A stretch of DNA of 60,271 nucleotides from Deltaproteobacteria bacterium (GTDB lineage Bacteria; Desulfobacterota; GWC2-55-46; UBA9637), in contig JACPZB010000066.1 in the NCBI GenBank assembly GCA_016195725.1, positions 1 to 60,271 of the forward strand, written 5' to 3'. A program made the translations under genes and the position numbers. Positions 21,211 through 29,406 of this stretch are shown in pieces. Position 1 is the stretch's first letter; each line of letters starts with the position of its first letter. The notes under the pieces were generated by a model. That model saw only the letters and a list, made by a program, of their open reading frames with translations, was not told the origin of the DNA and ran no database searches.

Positions 21211-21546
21211 ATGGCAACCCCATGGGAAGTGACCTCACAAAAGGTCAGCGCGGTTGTTGAGAAAATTATAGAGATCAGTAAACCCCGAAAGGTCATCCTC
21301 TTTGGCTCCTATGTACGCGGGGATATGAGTGTGAACAGCGACCTTGACGTGCTAATTGTCACTGACAGAAATATTGAAAATCCTCGAAAGGAAAGTGTCA
21401 GGATACGCCGCGCTTTGAGGGGGATATTGATGCCAATGGATATCCTTGTAGTTCAAGAGAATGATTTGGAGGCAATGGCAGATACCCCAGGCCTGATTTA
21501 CAGAGAAGCCATCAGGAACGGGAAGGTGGTCTATGAATCCGCCTAA
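21211..21546 (+). CDS. MNT-type nucleotidyltransferase (partner of HEPN protein)
   Basis: LFGSYVRGD ... DLDVLIV is a minimal nucleotidyltransferase signature. AGGAGG precedes the ATG at 21211. Confidence 0.8.
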   Translation: MATPWEVTSQKVSAVVEKIIEISKPRKVILFGSYVRGDMSVNSDLDVLIVTDRNIENPRKESVRIRRALRGILMPMDILVVQENDLEAMADTPGLIYREAIRNGKVVYESA

Positions 21547-21940
21547 GAAGCGAATGCCTGTTTCCCCGGACGAATGGCTAATCCATGCCAGGAGCGATTT
21601 GAGGCTGGCTAAGCTTGGAATTGCTCAGGATATTTTGCGAGAACAGATATGCTTCCATGCCCAACAAGCTGTTGAAAAGTCATTAAAGGCAGTTTTGTTG
21701 CATTTCAAGGTTGACTTTCCCTTCACCCATGATCTGGAAGAACTTCTTGATACCTTAAAAATTGCTGGCATTTCAATCCCTTTGAATTTAAATGAAATCG
21801 GTGTCTTAACACCTTATGCAGTGGAAACCCGTTATCCCGGATATTGGGGCGAGATATCTGAAAGCGAAGTGATTGAAGCTCTGGAATTTGCAGAAAGTGC
21901 TATCAAATGGGCTGAGGAGACTACCAAAAAATCTAAGTAA
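21533..21940 (+). CDS. HEPN domain protein
   Basis: 135-aa ORF overlapping the MNT gene by 14 nt. It is helical, with an R..Y-type motif (VETRYPG) in the position of the HEPN Rx4-6H-like region. Confidence 0.7.
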   Translation: MNPPKKRMPVSPDEWLIHARSDLRLAKLGIAQDILREQICFHAQQAVEKSLKAVLLHFKVDFPFTHDLEELLDTLKIAGISIPLNLNEIGVLTPYAVETRYPGYWGEISESEVIEALEFAESAIKWAEETTKKSK

Positions 21941-22126
21941 GCCCAAATCAACGGCATGGGAAATTAGGAAACACGGGATACGGGTGGAAATTGAGTGATG
22001 CAGAAAGTATTTCACAGCTATTGTCTGACGCTAATCCCTTTGTAAAAGAAATTTTGAAGGAAGGGATAGAGGTTCGGTAAAAAATTGGGATTATTAGCTT
22101 GAGTAAAGGGGTAATCCGGGAAGTGT

Positions 22127-22158
22127 CCCTCTATTTTCCCTCTATTTTCCTCTATTTT
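22127..22158. repeat. Tandem 11-nt repeat (CCCTCTATTTT, about 3 copies)
   Basis: Read directly in non-coding DNA of the tdh-kbl insertion. Confidence 0.8.
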
Positions 22159-22220
22159 CACGATATTCTAGGGGGTCTGTTTCTTTAACAAGTCTGCCTT
22201 TATCTGTTTTAGATAAGAGA

Positions 22221-22258
22221 TAAGCAAGGCGCTGCAGAATAAGCAAGGCGCTGCAGAA
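22221..22258. repeat. Perfect tandem duplication of a 19-nt unit (TAAGCAAGGCGCTGCAGAA x2)
   Basis: Read directly. It contains the CTGCAG palindrome in each unit. Confidence 0.85.
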
Positions 22259-22450
22259 TAATAATCGTCAAGAAAATCCTTTGTGCGAGAAGATGTTGAT
22301 GTAAAGCCGATTTCATCATGCTGATTTTAAAGGCACCTCGTCCAATTCCCGAGGTGGCGGAAATTAAATACGGGAAGCGTCCCCCGATTTCCCAACCGAA
22401 TAGAAATCTTGGGAATATAAATATTGTCATCAAAAAAATAGGAGGGATAA

Positions 22451-22708
22451 ATGACTATTAAAAAAATAAACTCAGGCTCTTTTGCAAAATTATCGGGGGT
22501 TTTGTTCATACTTCTTGGAATAATCGTATGCATCCCGGCTGGTCTATATTTCATTATAACCGGGAACTTTCTTGAAGGAATAATGATTGCGGTATTCGGC
22601 CCTGCTGTTTTAGGGCTTGACGGCCTGATATCAGGGTTTGTTTTTGCCCTGTGCTTCAATATCGCTTCAAGATTTGCGGGAGGCATTAAACTTGAAATAG
22701 AGCAATAG
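22451..22708 (+). CDS. Small membrane protein (two or three TM helices)
   Basis: 85-aa hydrophobic ORF preceded by GGAGGG 5 nt upstream of the ATG. Confidence 0.55.
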   Translation: MTIKKINSGSFAKLSGVLFILLGIIVCIPAGLYFIITGNFLEGIMIAVFGPAVLGLDGLISGFVFALCFNIASRFAGGIKLEIEQ

Positions 22709-23012
22709 CACTTTTCAAAATCCTCTCTCATCTGGGATTACTCTATCCACCAAATCGTTCCCCACCGCCTCTGATTACAACTCCATGGGAGAAAGAGTCA
22801 ACCTGCTTTTCAGACTATATCCCGAACATAGAGGTCTATTGCAGAGATATTTAGGAATACCAAAAATCTCTCACAGGAGAGTTCTGTCTTGAATTTACTG
22901 ATTTTTATACCCTCTACAGCCATTTTAAATCTCATGCCTTACTATCCCTTCTTTACCTTCCAGACTCTTCAAAATTCTCCCAAAAATTACCTTCCAAAGT
23001 CAAAAAAATTGA

Positions 23013-23972
23013 TTGACAGCCATTTTAAGTCATGTTTATAACCATACCGTGAAAAGCAACCTCCTATCGCATGTTGCACTTCTTGTGGCGTTGTTGGCGT
23101 TTTCTGGGTGTGCCTCCCTGGGCATCGCAGTAGGGGCGCCCCCAGGCGAAGAAGCCGTGCAGGTAAAGTCCTATATCAAGGTCCAAAGGCCGGCCGTGTC
23201 TTCTTTGACGGTGGAGGTCGCCAAATCCAGCTACACCGAGATGCTTAACAAGGGATACGCACGAATGGGGACAATCCAATGCGATACCTACATCGGCACG
23301 CACGATAGCGCCAAGCAGTACCTGCTGCGAGAATCTCAGAAAAACGGCGCTGAGGTAGCTTGGATAGTTATGTACGACAATCAAAAAAGCGTGAAAGTCG
23401 GTGAGGCAGGAAGCGGAACCGGTTGGTCCGGAGGGTCGTTTGGCCAAGGCCATATGTACTCTTACAGTTATAAGGAGAAGTATCTAGATTACAAGTACAT
23501 AACAGGGATCGCAACCTTGTTTGTACGCGACCCCGCACTTGCCGCAAGACAACTGAAAGAGGGGAAAGCGTTGTGGGAGGCGGTAGCAGCAGGCAGAAAA
23601 GAGGAGCAACAGATCCTGATCGGCAAACTTTCCAAAATGGAAGATACGATACGTGGATATGATGATTCCTTGTTTGGAGAAGATTTAGGAAATGAAAGAC
23701 AAGATGTCCTAGATAGGCTAACAGGGCTCAAGACATGGCTCGTGACTGGCAAAAGTCCAAGTCAATATAACTATGGGCGTCTGACATATGAGAAATGGTG
23801 GATGGCGTTGAGCAATTCCCTTCCCTACAGTTGGCGCTATGGTAAGCATATTAAGCAGGCAAAGCAGGCAGTCCAGCTCATGATGGATGTCGAGCAGTAT
23901 GCTAAAGATAATCGGACACTGTTTGACTACTACAAGTTGCTGGAGTCGACCGATAAAATACTTTTGTACTGA
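23013..23972 (+). CDS. Hypothetical lipoprotein
   Basis: Lipobox LLAFSGC about 20 aa after a candidate GTG start at 23049. The ORF lies in a visibly G+C-richer segment. No family is recognised. Confidence 0.6.
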   Translation: MTAILSHVYNHTVKSNLLSHVALLVALLAFSGCASLGIAVGAPPGEEAVQVKSYIKVQRPAVSSLTVEVAKSSYTEMLNKGYARMGTIQCDTYIGTHDSAKQYLLRESQKNGAEVAWIVMYDNQKSVKVGEAGSGTGWSGGSFGQGHMYSYSYKEKYLDYKYITGIATLFVRDPALAARQLKEGKALWEAVAAGRKEEQQILIGKLSKMEDTIRGYDDSLFGEDLGNERQDVLDRLTGLKTWLVTGKSPSQYNYGRLTYEKWWMALSNSLPYSWRYGKHIKQAKQAVQLMMDVEQYAKDNRTLFDYYKLLESTDKILLY

Positions 23973-24229
23973 CGTAGCATCACATGATGCCGATTTCTCG
24001 CACCGGCGATTTGCTGGGAGCCTGTTCGGGCTGCCCTTGTCGGATGCGACGGTGCTGGCGATCAACGAGGAAGCCAGGACGCTTCTGGCTCCGACCGCGG
24101 CTAATTCATTTCTGTTCGACTACGGCGTGCTGTGGGATCCGGGAAAATTCATTTTTAATTAGTGGTTCTTGAGCCTCTCTTCCGGCGCAAGTATTGGCTT
24201 GATGAAGAGGGAGCAGAGGGGGGTCGTAT

Positions 24230-24568
24230 ATGCCGGCGCGCTCCGAGCGGATCTATATTTGTCCGGACAAGAGCGGCGATCCCGGCCGGATCATGGTTTT
24301 TCCTGCCTGGTGGGATCGCAGCGCGTTTTTGGAAAGGTACCGCAATCGCGAGATCGATCCCGGGAATCCGATCGACGTCAACGTTGCGTATTTGCTGAGT
24401 TCCGCTGAAGCCATCGCGTGGAACGAACAGTGCGCTAAACGTTACTCCAAGGATTTCCCGGGCGGCATGCCGAACGTCACAGGAGCGGCCCGCGAACTGG
24501 AGTCTGTCCTTATGAATGCATCGTGGGTTATCGTGGAATCCTACGAATGGGAATCCGGCATGGACTGA
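24230..24568 (+). CDS. Hypothetical protein
   Basis: 112-aa ORF preceded by GAGGGGGG. It is the most protein-like of several overlapping ORFs in a G+C-rich block. Confidence 0.4.
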   Translation: MPARSERIYICPDKSGDPGRIMVFPAWWDRSAFLERYRNREIDPGNPIDVNVAYLLSSAEAIAWNEQCAKRYSKDFPGGMPNVTGAARELESVLMNASWVIVESYEWESGMD

Positions 24569-24718
24569 AAAGGGGACTCCCATTAAAAGGCACCCATTAA
24601 AAGGCACCCTGTCAAGAGAAAAAACTAACCCGTAGCAAGAAAAAAAGGTTTTTCTTGTTCATGTTTCAGCGCTGGGAGAAATAAGGGGGACAACACATCC
24701 CAATTCTTTTCTTTGGCA

Positions 24719-24964
24719 TTATCTTCCTTCAAAGACCAGCCGCTCTATCTCTTTTTCTGTAATTTTCATTTCCCGCGCCTTTTTTACTCCATATCTCTGC
24801 AGCAGCCGAAACTCTTTTGTTAGCTTTTCCTGCTTATAAAATGAAAACATCTCCCTGAAAAACTCGCTTATTGTCTCTCCCTTTTCTTTTGCTATTTCTT
24901 TACATTCCTCAGCAGTTTTGGGCGGCAGGGAAACGGTCATTACTACTCTTTGGCGTGACGACAT
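24719..24964 (-). CDS. Ribbon-helix-helix (CopG-type) antitoxin-like protein, orphan
   Basis: 81-aa ORF with an N-terminal strand VVMTVSLPPKTAEECKEIAKEKGETISEFFREM typical of RHH antitoxins. No intact toxin gene follows it. Confidence 0.55.
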   Translation of the reverse strand: MSSRQRVVMTVSLPPKTAEECKEIAKEKGETISEFFREMFSFYKQEKLTKEFRLLQRYGVKKAREMKITEKEIERLVFEGR

Positions 24965-25151
24965 TTTTAACCTCCATGGTATGATTTTGTATTACCATAT
25001 CAAAATATTCTTTTATTTTCAAGCATGCTTTAAACCCCTTGTCAATCCTTATAAAAACCTGCTATTATGGCAGTAAAATTTGGTATGTAGAAAATTTACG
25101 AATACAAAACACATCAAGTCAAAGCCCAATAACTGTTTCCCAAAGGCAGCC

Positions 25152-26378
25152 ATGTCTCTTAAACAAATAGAAAAAATACTTTCTGAAAAACTCAATGACC
25201 TTAAGGTAAAAGGAGCTTTAAAAGGCAAGGAAAAGGTCATCACAGATATTCTTCCGGCAAAGAACGGCTGCGGCCCCCGCTATCTTCTTGCCGGTCATGG
25301 AGACAAAGAATTTTTGCGCATGAACTCCAACTCATACCTGGGCCTCTCCTTAAATAAAGATGTTATACAGGCTGAGGAAGAGACTTGCAGAAGATTCGGC
25401 GCAGGCCCCGGCGCTGTCCGTTTTATAAGCGGTACATACGAACCTCATGTGGAATTAGAAAAAAAACTGGCGCATTTTCACAGCAGAGAGGCGGCCATGA
25501 TTTTCAACTCTGCCTATTCAACTGTTATGGGGGTACTTCCACAGTTTATTACTGAAGAGACTCTCGTAGTAAGCGACGAGTTAAATCATAATTGCATTAT
25601 CAATGCAATCAGGCTTTCCAAGCCTGCAAACAAGGCTATATACCGCCATCTTGATATGAGAGAGCTTGAGCGCATTCTTAAAGAGAATACTGGCCATGCA
25701 AAAAGGGCTGTGGTGGTAACAGACGGCATATTTAGCATGAGGGGCGATTATGCGCCTTTAGATAAAATTGTAGAAATCTGTAAAACCTACGAATCAGAAT
25801 ATGAGGAAGGCATTATCACAGTCCTTGATGATTCTCACGGTGTCGGTGCATTCGGTAAGACAGGCAGGGGAACAGAAGAGCATACCAATACACGGGTGGA
25901 TATTCTCGTGGCAACCCTGGGAAAGGCGCTGGGGGTGAATGGCGGTTATGTGGTGTCAAGCAGAACGGTTATCAACTATCTCAGGGAGACAGCGCCCTTT
26001 TATATCTATTCAAACCCCATTACCCCTCCTGAGGCAGCGGCAGCGCTCAAGTCTCTTGAAATCCTTGACAGCTCTGAGGGAATAAAGCTCCTTGAAAGGA
26101 TGAAAAAACTTGCAGTGCACTTAAGGGAAGGGTTTAAGCAAATGGGATATGAAACAATTCCCGGCGAGCATCCTATTGTCCCGCTTATGGTGAGGGATAC
26201 ACAAAAGACTTCTGAAATGGTTAAGTATCTTTTTGACAACGGCATTCTGGCTACAGGACTTAATTTCCCCGTTGTCCCGAAAGGAGATGAAGAGATAAGG
26301 TTCCAGATTTCTGCCAGCCATACTGAAAGGGATATTGATTATCTGCTGGGATGTTTGAGAAAAATAAAAACAGCCTGA
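25152..26378 (+). CDS. kbl: Glycine C-acetyltransferase (2-amino-3-ketobutyrate CoA ligase); BioF-like alternative not excluded
   Basis: Alpha-oxoamine synthase family. It has NSNSYLGL, a DDSHGVGAFGKTGRG motif and the PLP-lysine context TLGKALG. The ATG at 25152 is preferred over the ORF start at 25080. Confidence 0.75.
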   Translation: MSLKQIEKILSEKLNDLKVKGALKGKEKVITDILPAKNGCGPRYLLAGHGDKEFLRMNSNSYLGLSLNKDVIQAEEETCRRFGAGPGAVRFISGTYEPHVELEKKLAHFHSREAAMIFNSAYSTVMGVLPQFITEETLVVSDELNHNCIINAIRLSKPANKAIYRHLDMRELERILKENTGHAKRAVVVTDGIFSMRGDYAPLDKIVEICKTYESEYEEGIITVLDDSHGVGAFGKTGRGTEEHTNTRVDILVATLGKALGVNGGYVVSSRTVINYLRETAPFYIYSNPITPPEAAAALKSLEILDSSEGIKLLERMKKLAVHLREGFKQMGYETIPGEHPIVPLMVRDTQKTSEMVKYLFDNGILATGLNFPVVPKGDEEIRFQISASHTERDIDYLLGCLRKIKTA

Positions 26379-27094
26379 GAGATAACGCCGGCCCCACGTT
26401 TATGTGTTTTTAATCCAGACAAACCTGAAATTTACACAATCTACTTTATACCATCAGGGCCTTCTTCTGTATTCTGAATGCTGACTCATGGATTCCATTA
26501 TTTCCACCCCTTTTATTAGCTGCAGGTTCATGGGTGTTTCTTTCCATTCCTCTAAGTACGACTTCCTCGAAAGATGTTTATTTTATAATCACCGATGGTC
26601 AAAAATCAGGCAGCTTTTTCGATGAGCAACATATTTTCAGTGTAATATGTTGATTTTTTACTGATAGTGAACGATGGCATTAAATTTGCATTGTTTTATG
26701 TTGGAAATTACTTGATTCACTTTTGAGAGTTGCAGACCGGTTGCGAGTCAAGACATAAACATTTTTGGGAATTTTTTCTTTGTCCGGGACCGGCCTTGCG
26801 ATGTTAGCAAGCATGGGATTGTTTTGCTGTTGTTTGTAAAGGGACAACAGCACCTATAGTCAGCGACATAAATTTGTAGTCTGCCGATCCCGTTTAAATA
26901 CATAACGGGACAAATTTATCGGTGATTTTAAAATACGTCCATAAATGGGCACACTATATCTACTTATTTTTATCGTTCACTATAAAGGGCAGTGCAACAA
27001 AATTTAGATCGTTTGCCCTTGCTCCACTCTTTTCACTACAGCAGATATGGCGAGGGTGATGGGGTAAAATGTAACGATTGTTTTTTCGTCTGTA

Positions 27095-27130
27095 TTAACC
27101 CAAAAAATGCATTTGCATTTTTTGGCAAAA
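27095..27130. repeat. 36-nt hairpin element, copy 1 (TTAACCCAAAAAATGC-ATTT-GCATTTTTTGGCAAAA)
   Basis: 11-bp perfect stem CCAAAAAATGC/GCATTTTTTGG with a 4-nt loop. It is near-identical to 31037-31072. Confidence 0.85.
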
Positions 27131-27215
27131 GGTGATTAGTCCAGTACGACGGTTACAACGCAGTAATCGTGAAAGTGTTTGAATAAGGTAATGACGCCTT
27201 ATTCCCTATAACGCG

Positions 27216-27235
27216 GAAAATGCGGATGCATTTTC
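27216..27235. promoter_or_regulatory. Palindrome GAAAATGC-GGAT-GCATTTTC, a candidate operator
   Basis: 8-bp perfect inverted repeat sharing the AAAATGC/GCATTTT core with the hairpin element. It lies about 215 nt upstream of the HAO-like gene. Confidence 0.4.
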
Positions 27236-27448
27236 TGACAAATGCAAGTCACTGACAGATATCTCTCGGACATCTTTTGAGAGCGCTTATGTCAGGAAGC
27301 TACTCAGAAGCAGGCTTCTGCTCTGATCTTGCTTTTGCCCCGAAAAATATTAATTCGGGTTTAAAGGGAATGGGCGTTTTTTTTTGCCGACATACTGTCT
27401 GTGTGAAGAGGTTTTTTCATATTGATGTTGTGTATAGAAAGGAGTTGT

Positions 27449-28777
27449 ATGAAGAAGAATTTTACGTACGCGCTTATCTTTTTGCTCTTATGCGCTGTTT
27501 ACTCCAGCAGTTTTGCCGCGGATGAAGGGCTGCCGCTTCCACTGAAGAGTTATCATAAAAGGAATACGTCTGTTACCGAGAAGTGGAAGGAGGCGGGGAG
27601 GGGGTACTTCAATCCATACGAGTATAAACCTCCCAAGGTTGAGGGAGCCGGTACTGACTGCTTAAAGTGCCACAAGGTTTTGACTCCTACGGTGGTAAAG
27701 GACTGGGAGGACAGCAAGCATTTCAAGAAAGACGTGGGCTGCACGAATTGTCATAACGACCATTCAAACCTCATCATGCCGACTCCTGATACTTGCGGAA
27801 AGTGCCATGCCGCGAGGACAATGCAGCACAGGGGAGGGAAACATGGTGTAGGCTGGAAAAATGTAATTGCGGCTGGAGGCAAAGGGGGCGCGGCAGGCCG
27901 ATACCTTGCCCAGTATTCCGAGATGCAGGAAGGCGGCTGTGGGACATGTCACAGCATTGAGACTAAATGCGATTCATGCCATACAAGACACGCCTTCAAA
28001 CCGAAAGAGGCGAGGGAGCCCGATGCGTGCGGCACATGTCACATGGGTCCCGACCATGCCCAAATTGAGTATTACGAATCCTCAAAACACGGTGTCATCT
28101 TTAAGGTTGAAGGCAAAGGTTTTGAAGACGGCGGCAGGGCGCCGACATGTGTGACATGCCACATGTCCGGAGGCAATCATGATGTGAGCCAGGGCATTTC
28201 CATAGGCGGGGCATCTCAAGGCAAATTCATCGGCCAGACAAACAGCGGGAACAGTCAGAGAAAAAACCCCAACGGGATATCGATGAATGAGATTACAGGC
28301 GAGGATTTCACGCGGGAGAGGGACAAGATGCTGCGTGTTTGCATTAACTGCCACTCAAAGAGATTTGCGGAGCATAAGCTTTCAATCGCGGACGGTGTAA
28401 AAATAGCGAGTGATGCCGTTGCCGGCGAGGCTATAAAGGAGATTGTTGACCTCTATAACTCAGGGCTTCTTAACCCGATGCCGGATGACCGGCCTGAGAA
28501 CCCATTCGCTGGTTTTAACTTAGTGCTTACATCGCACCAGCTTTATGAGCAGACATCCGGCATAGAGGCGTTGTACTTTGAGATGTACAAGTTTGACCTT
28601 GTGCATGCATGGAAGGGCGCTTATCACTTCAGTCCTGACTGGACACACTGGTTCGGCAACGCGCCGATGAAATTGAAACTGGCAAGGATAAAAGACATGG
28701 CAAACCAGTTAAGACGCCTTAATAAATTGGAGCTCAAACTCAACGTCAAACCGGAAAAGGTTGAGTTCGGAGAATAG
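27449..28777 (+). CDS. Octahaem cytochrome c of the hydroxylamine oxidoreductase (HAO) family, probably without the cross-link tyrosine
   Basis: Signal peptide MKKNFTYALIFLLLCAVYSSSFA follows a GGAG site. There are 8 CXXCH motifs. Collinear blocks resemble Nitrosomonas HAO (YKPP; MPTPDTCGKCH; CGTCHSIETKCDSCHTRHAF..REPDACGTCHMGPDH..YESSKHG; APTCVTCHM; CINCHSKRFA). Confidence 0.85.
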   Translation: MKKNFTYALIFLLLCAVYSSSFAADEGLPLPLKSYHKRNTSVTEKWKEAGRGYFNPYEYKPPKVEGAGTDCLKCHKVLTPTVVKDWEDSKHFKKDVGCTNCHNDHSNLIMPTPDTCGKCHAARTMQHRGGKHGVGWKNVIAAGGKGGAAGRYLAQYSEMQEGGCGTCHSIETKCDSCHTRHAFKPKEAREPDACGTCHMGPDHAQIEYYESSKHGVIFKVEGKGFEDGGRAPTCVTCHMSGGNHDVSQGISIGGASQGKFIGQTNSGNSQRKNPNGISMNEITGEDFTRERDKMLRVCINCHSKRFAEHKLSIADGVKIASDAVAGEAIKEIVDLYNSGLLNPMPDDRPENPFAGFNLVLTSHQLYEQTSGIEALYFEMYKFDLVHAWKGAYHFSPDWTHWFGNAPMKLKLARIKDMANQLRRLNKLELKLNVKPEKVEFGE

Positions 28778-28782
28778 CGGCG

Positions 28783-29406
28783 ATGAGACATTTATTGCCA
28801 TTCATGATTATATTGATAACGCTCTCATCCGCGGGGGCGGCTGTGCTGCCGCGCGCCGGCGCATGCGGAAGCTGTCATGTTGATAACTTCCGTGAATGGG
28901 AATCTTCCGCGCATTCACGCTCAATACTGGGGGAGCGATTTCGCAAAGCGCTGAAAGAGCATCTCCTCAGGGATGGCACGGACGAGGGTAGTTTTTGTTT
29001 CAGATGCCATGCGCCTGAGTTGATTATCTCCGGGGATGTCTTTGAAGCTACGAAGATGGCGCTGAACGGGAAGGCGCCGGCCGAAGGGGTTACATGCGTT
29101 GCCTGCCACAGTGTGGAATCCGTTAAAGGGGGGAAGCCTGTATACGACCCAGGCGATTTTCCCGGCTATCACAGGGTGAAAGACCTGAGGTCTCTTGACA
29201 GGGCCGGGCTCTGCACGACCTGCCACAGCGTTTATAAGCAGAAGAATATTGTCAGGGAAGAGAAGAGCGGTTTTTTAATGCGCAATGTTTCATGGGTCAC
29301 GGAATTATTCCACGCAAGAAGAAGCAAGAAGAGCGACCACGGTTTTTCTGACACCATTATTGTGGAAAAGGAAGGGGAAGGATGTCCGGGCGTCAAGAGA
29401 GATTAA
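28783..29406 (+). CDS. Membrane-anchored or secreted tetrahaem cytochrome c (NapC/NrfH- or c554-like)
   Basis: N-terminal hydrophobic helix and 4 CXXCH motifs (CGSCH, CFRCH, CVACH, CTTCH). The first motif context, CGSCHVDNFREWESSAHS, resembles NrfH/c554-type haem 1. Confidence 0.75.
   Translation: MRHLLPFMIILITLSSAGAAVLPRAGACGSCHVDNFREWESSAHSRSILGERFRKALKEHLLRDGTDEGSFCFRCHAPELIISGDVFEATKMALNGKAPAEGVTCVACHSVESVKGGKPVYDPGDFPGYHRVKDLRSLDRAGLCTTCHSVYKQKNIVREEKSGFLMRNVSWVTELFHARRSKKSDHGFSDTIIVEKEGEGCPGVKRD

Noticed and set aside
24155-24607. A 150-aa minus-strand ORF, plus two more plus-strand ORFs overlapping 24230-24568.
   Set aside because: G+C-rich DNA lacks stop codons in several frames. 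Only 24230-24568 has a plausible RBS and a balanced amino-acid composition. Even that call is given low confidence.
27277-27525. An 82-aa ORF overlapping the start of the HAO-like gene.
   Set aside because: It has no RBS and overlaps the signal-peptide coding region in another frame. It is most likely non-coding leader.
27449-28777. Assignment of the octahaem protein as NrfA- or ONR-type nitrite reductase.
   Set aside because: It has no CXXCK haem motif. All eight sites are CXXCH, and the order and spacing of the blocks follow HAO rather than NrfA.
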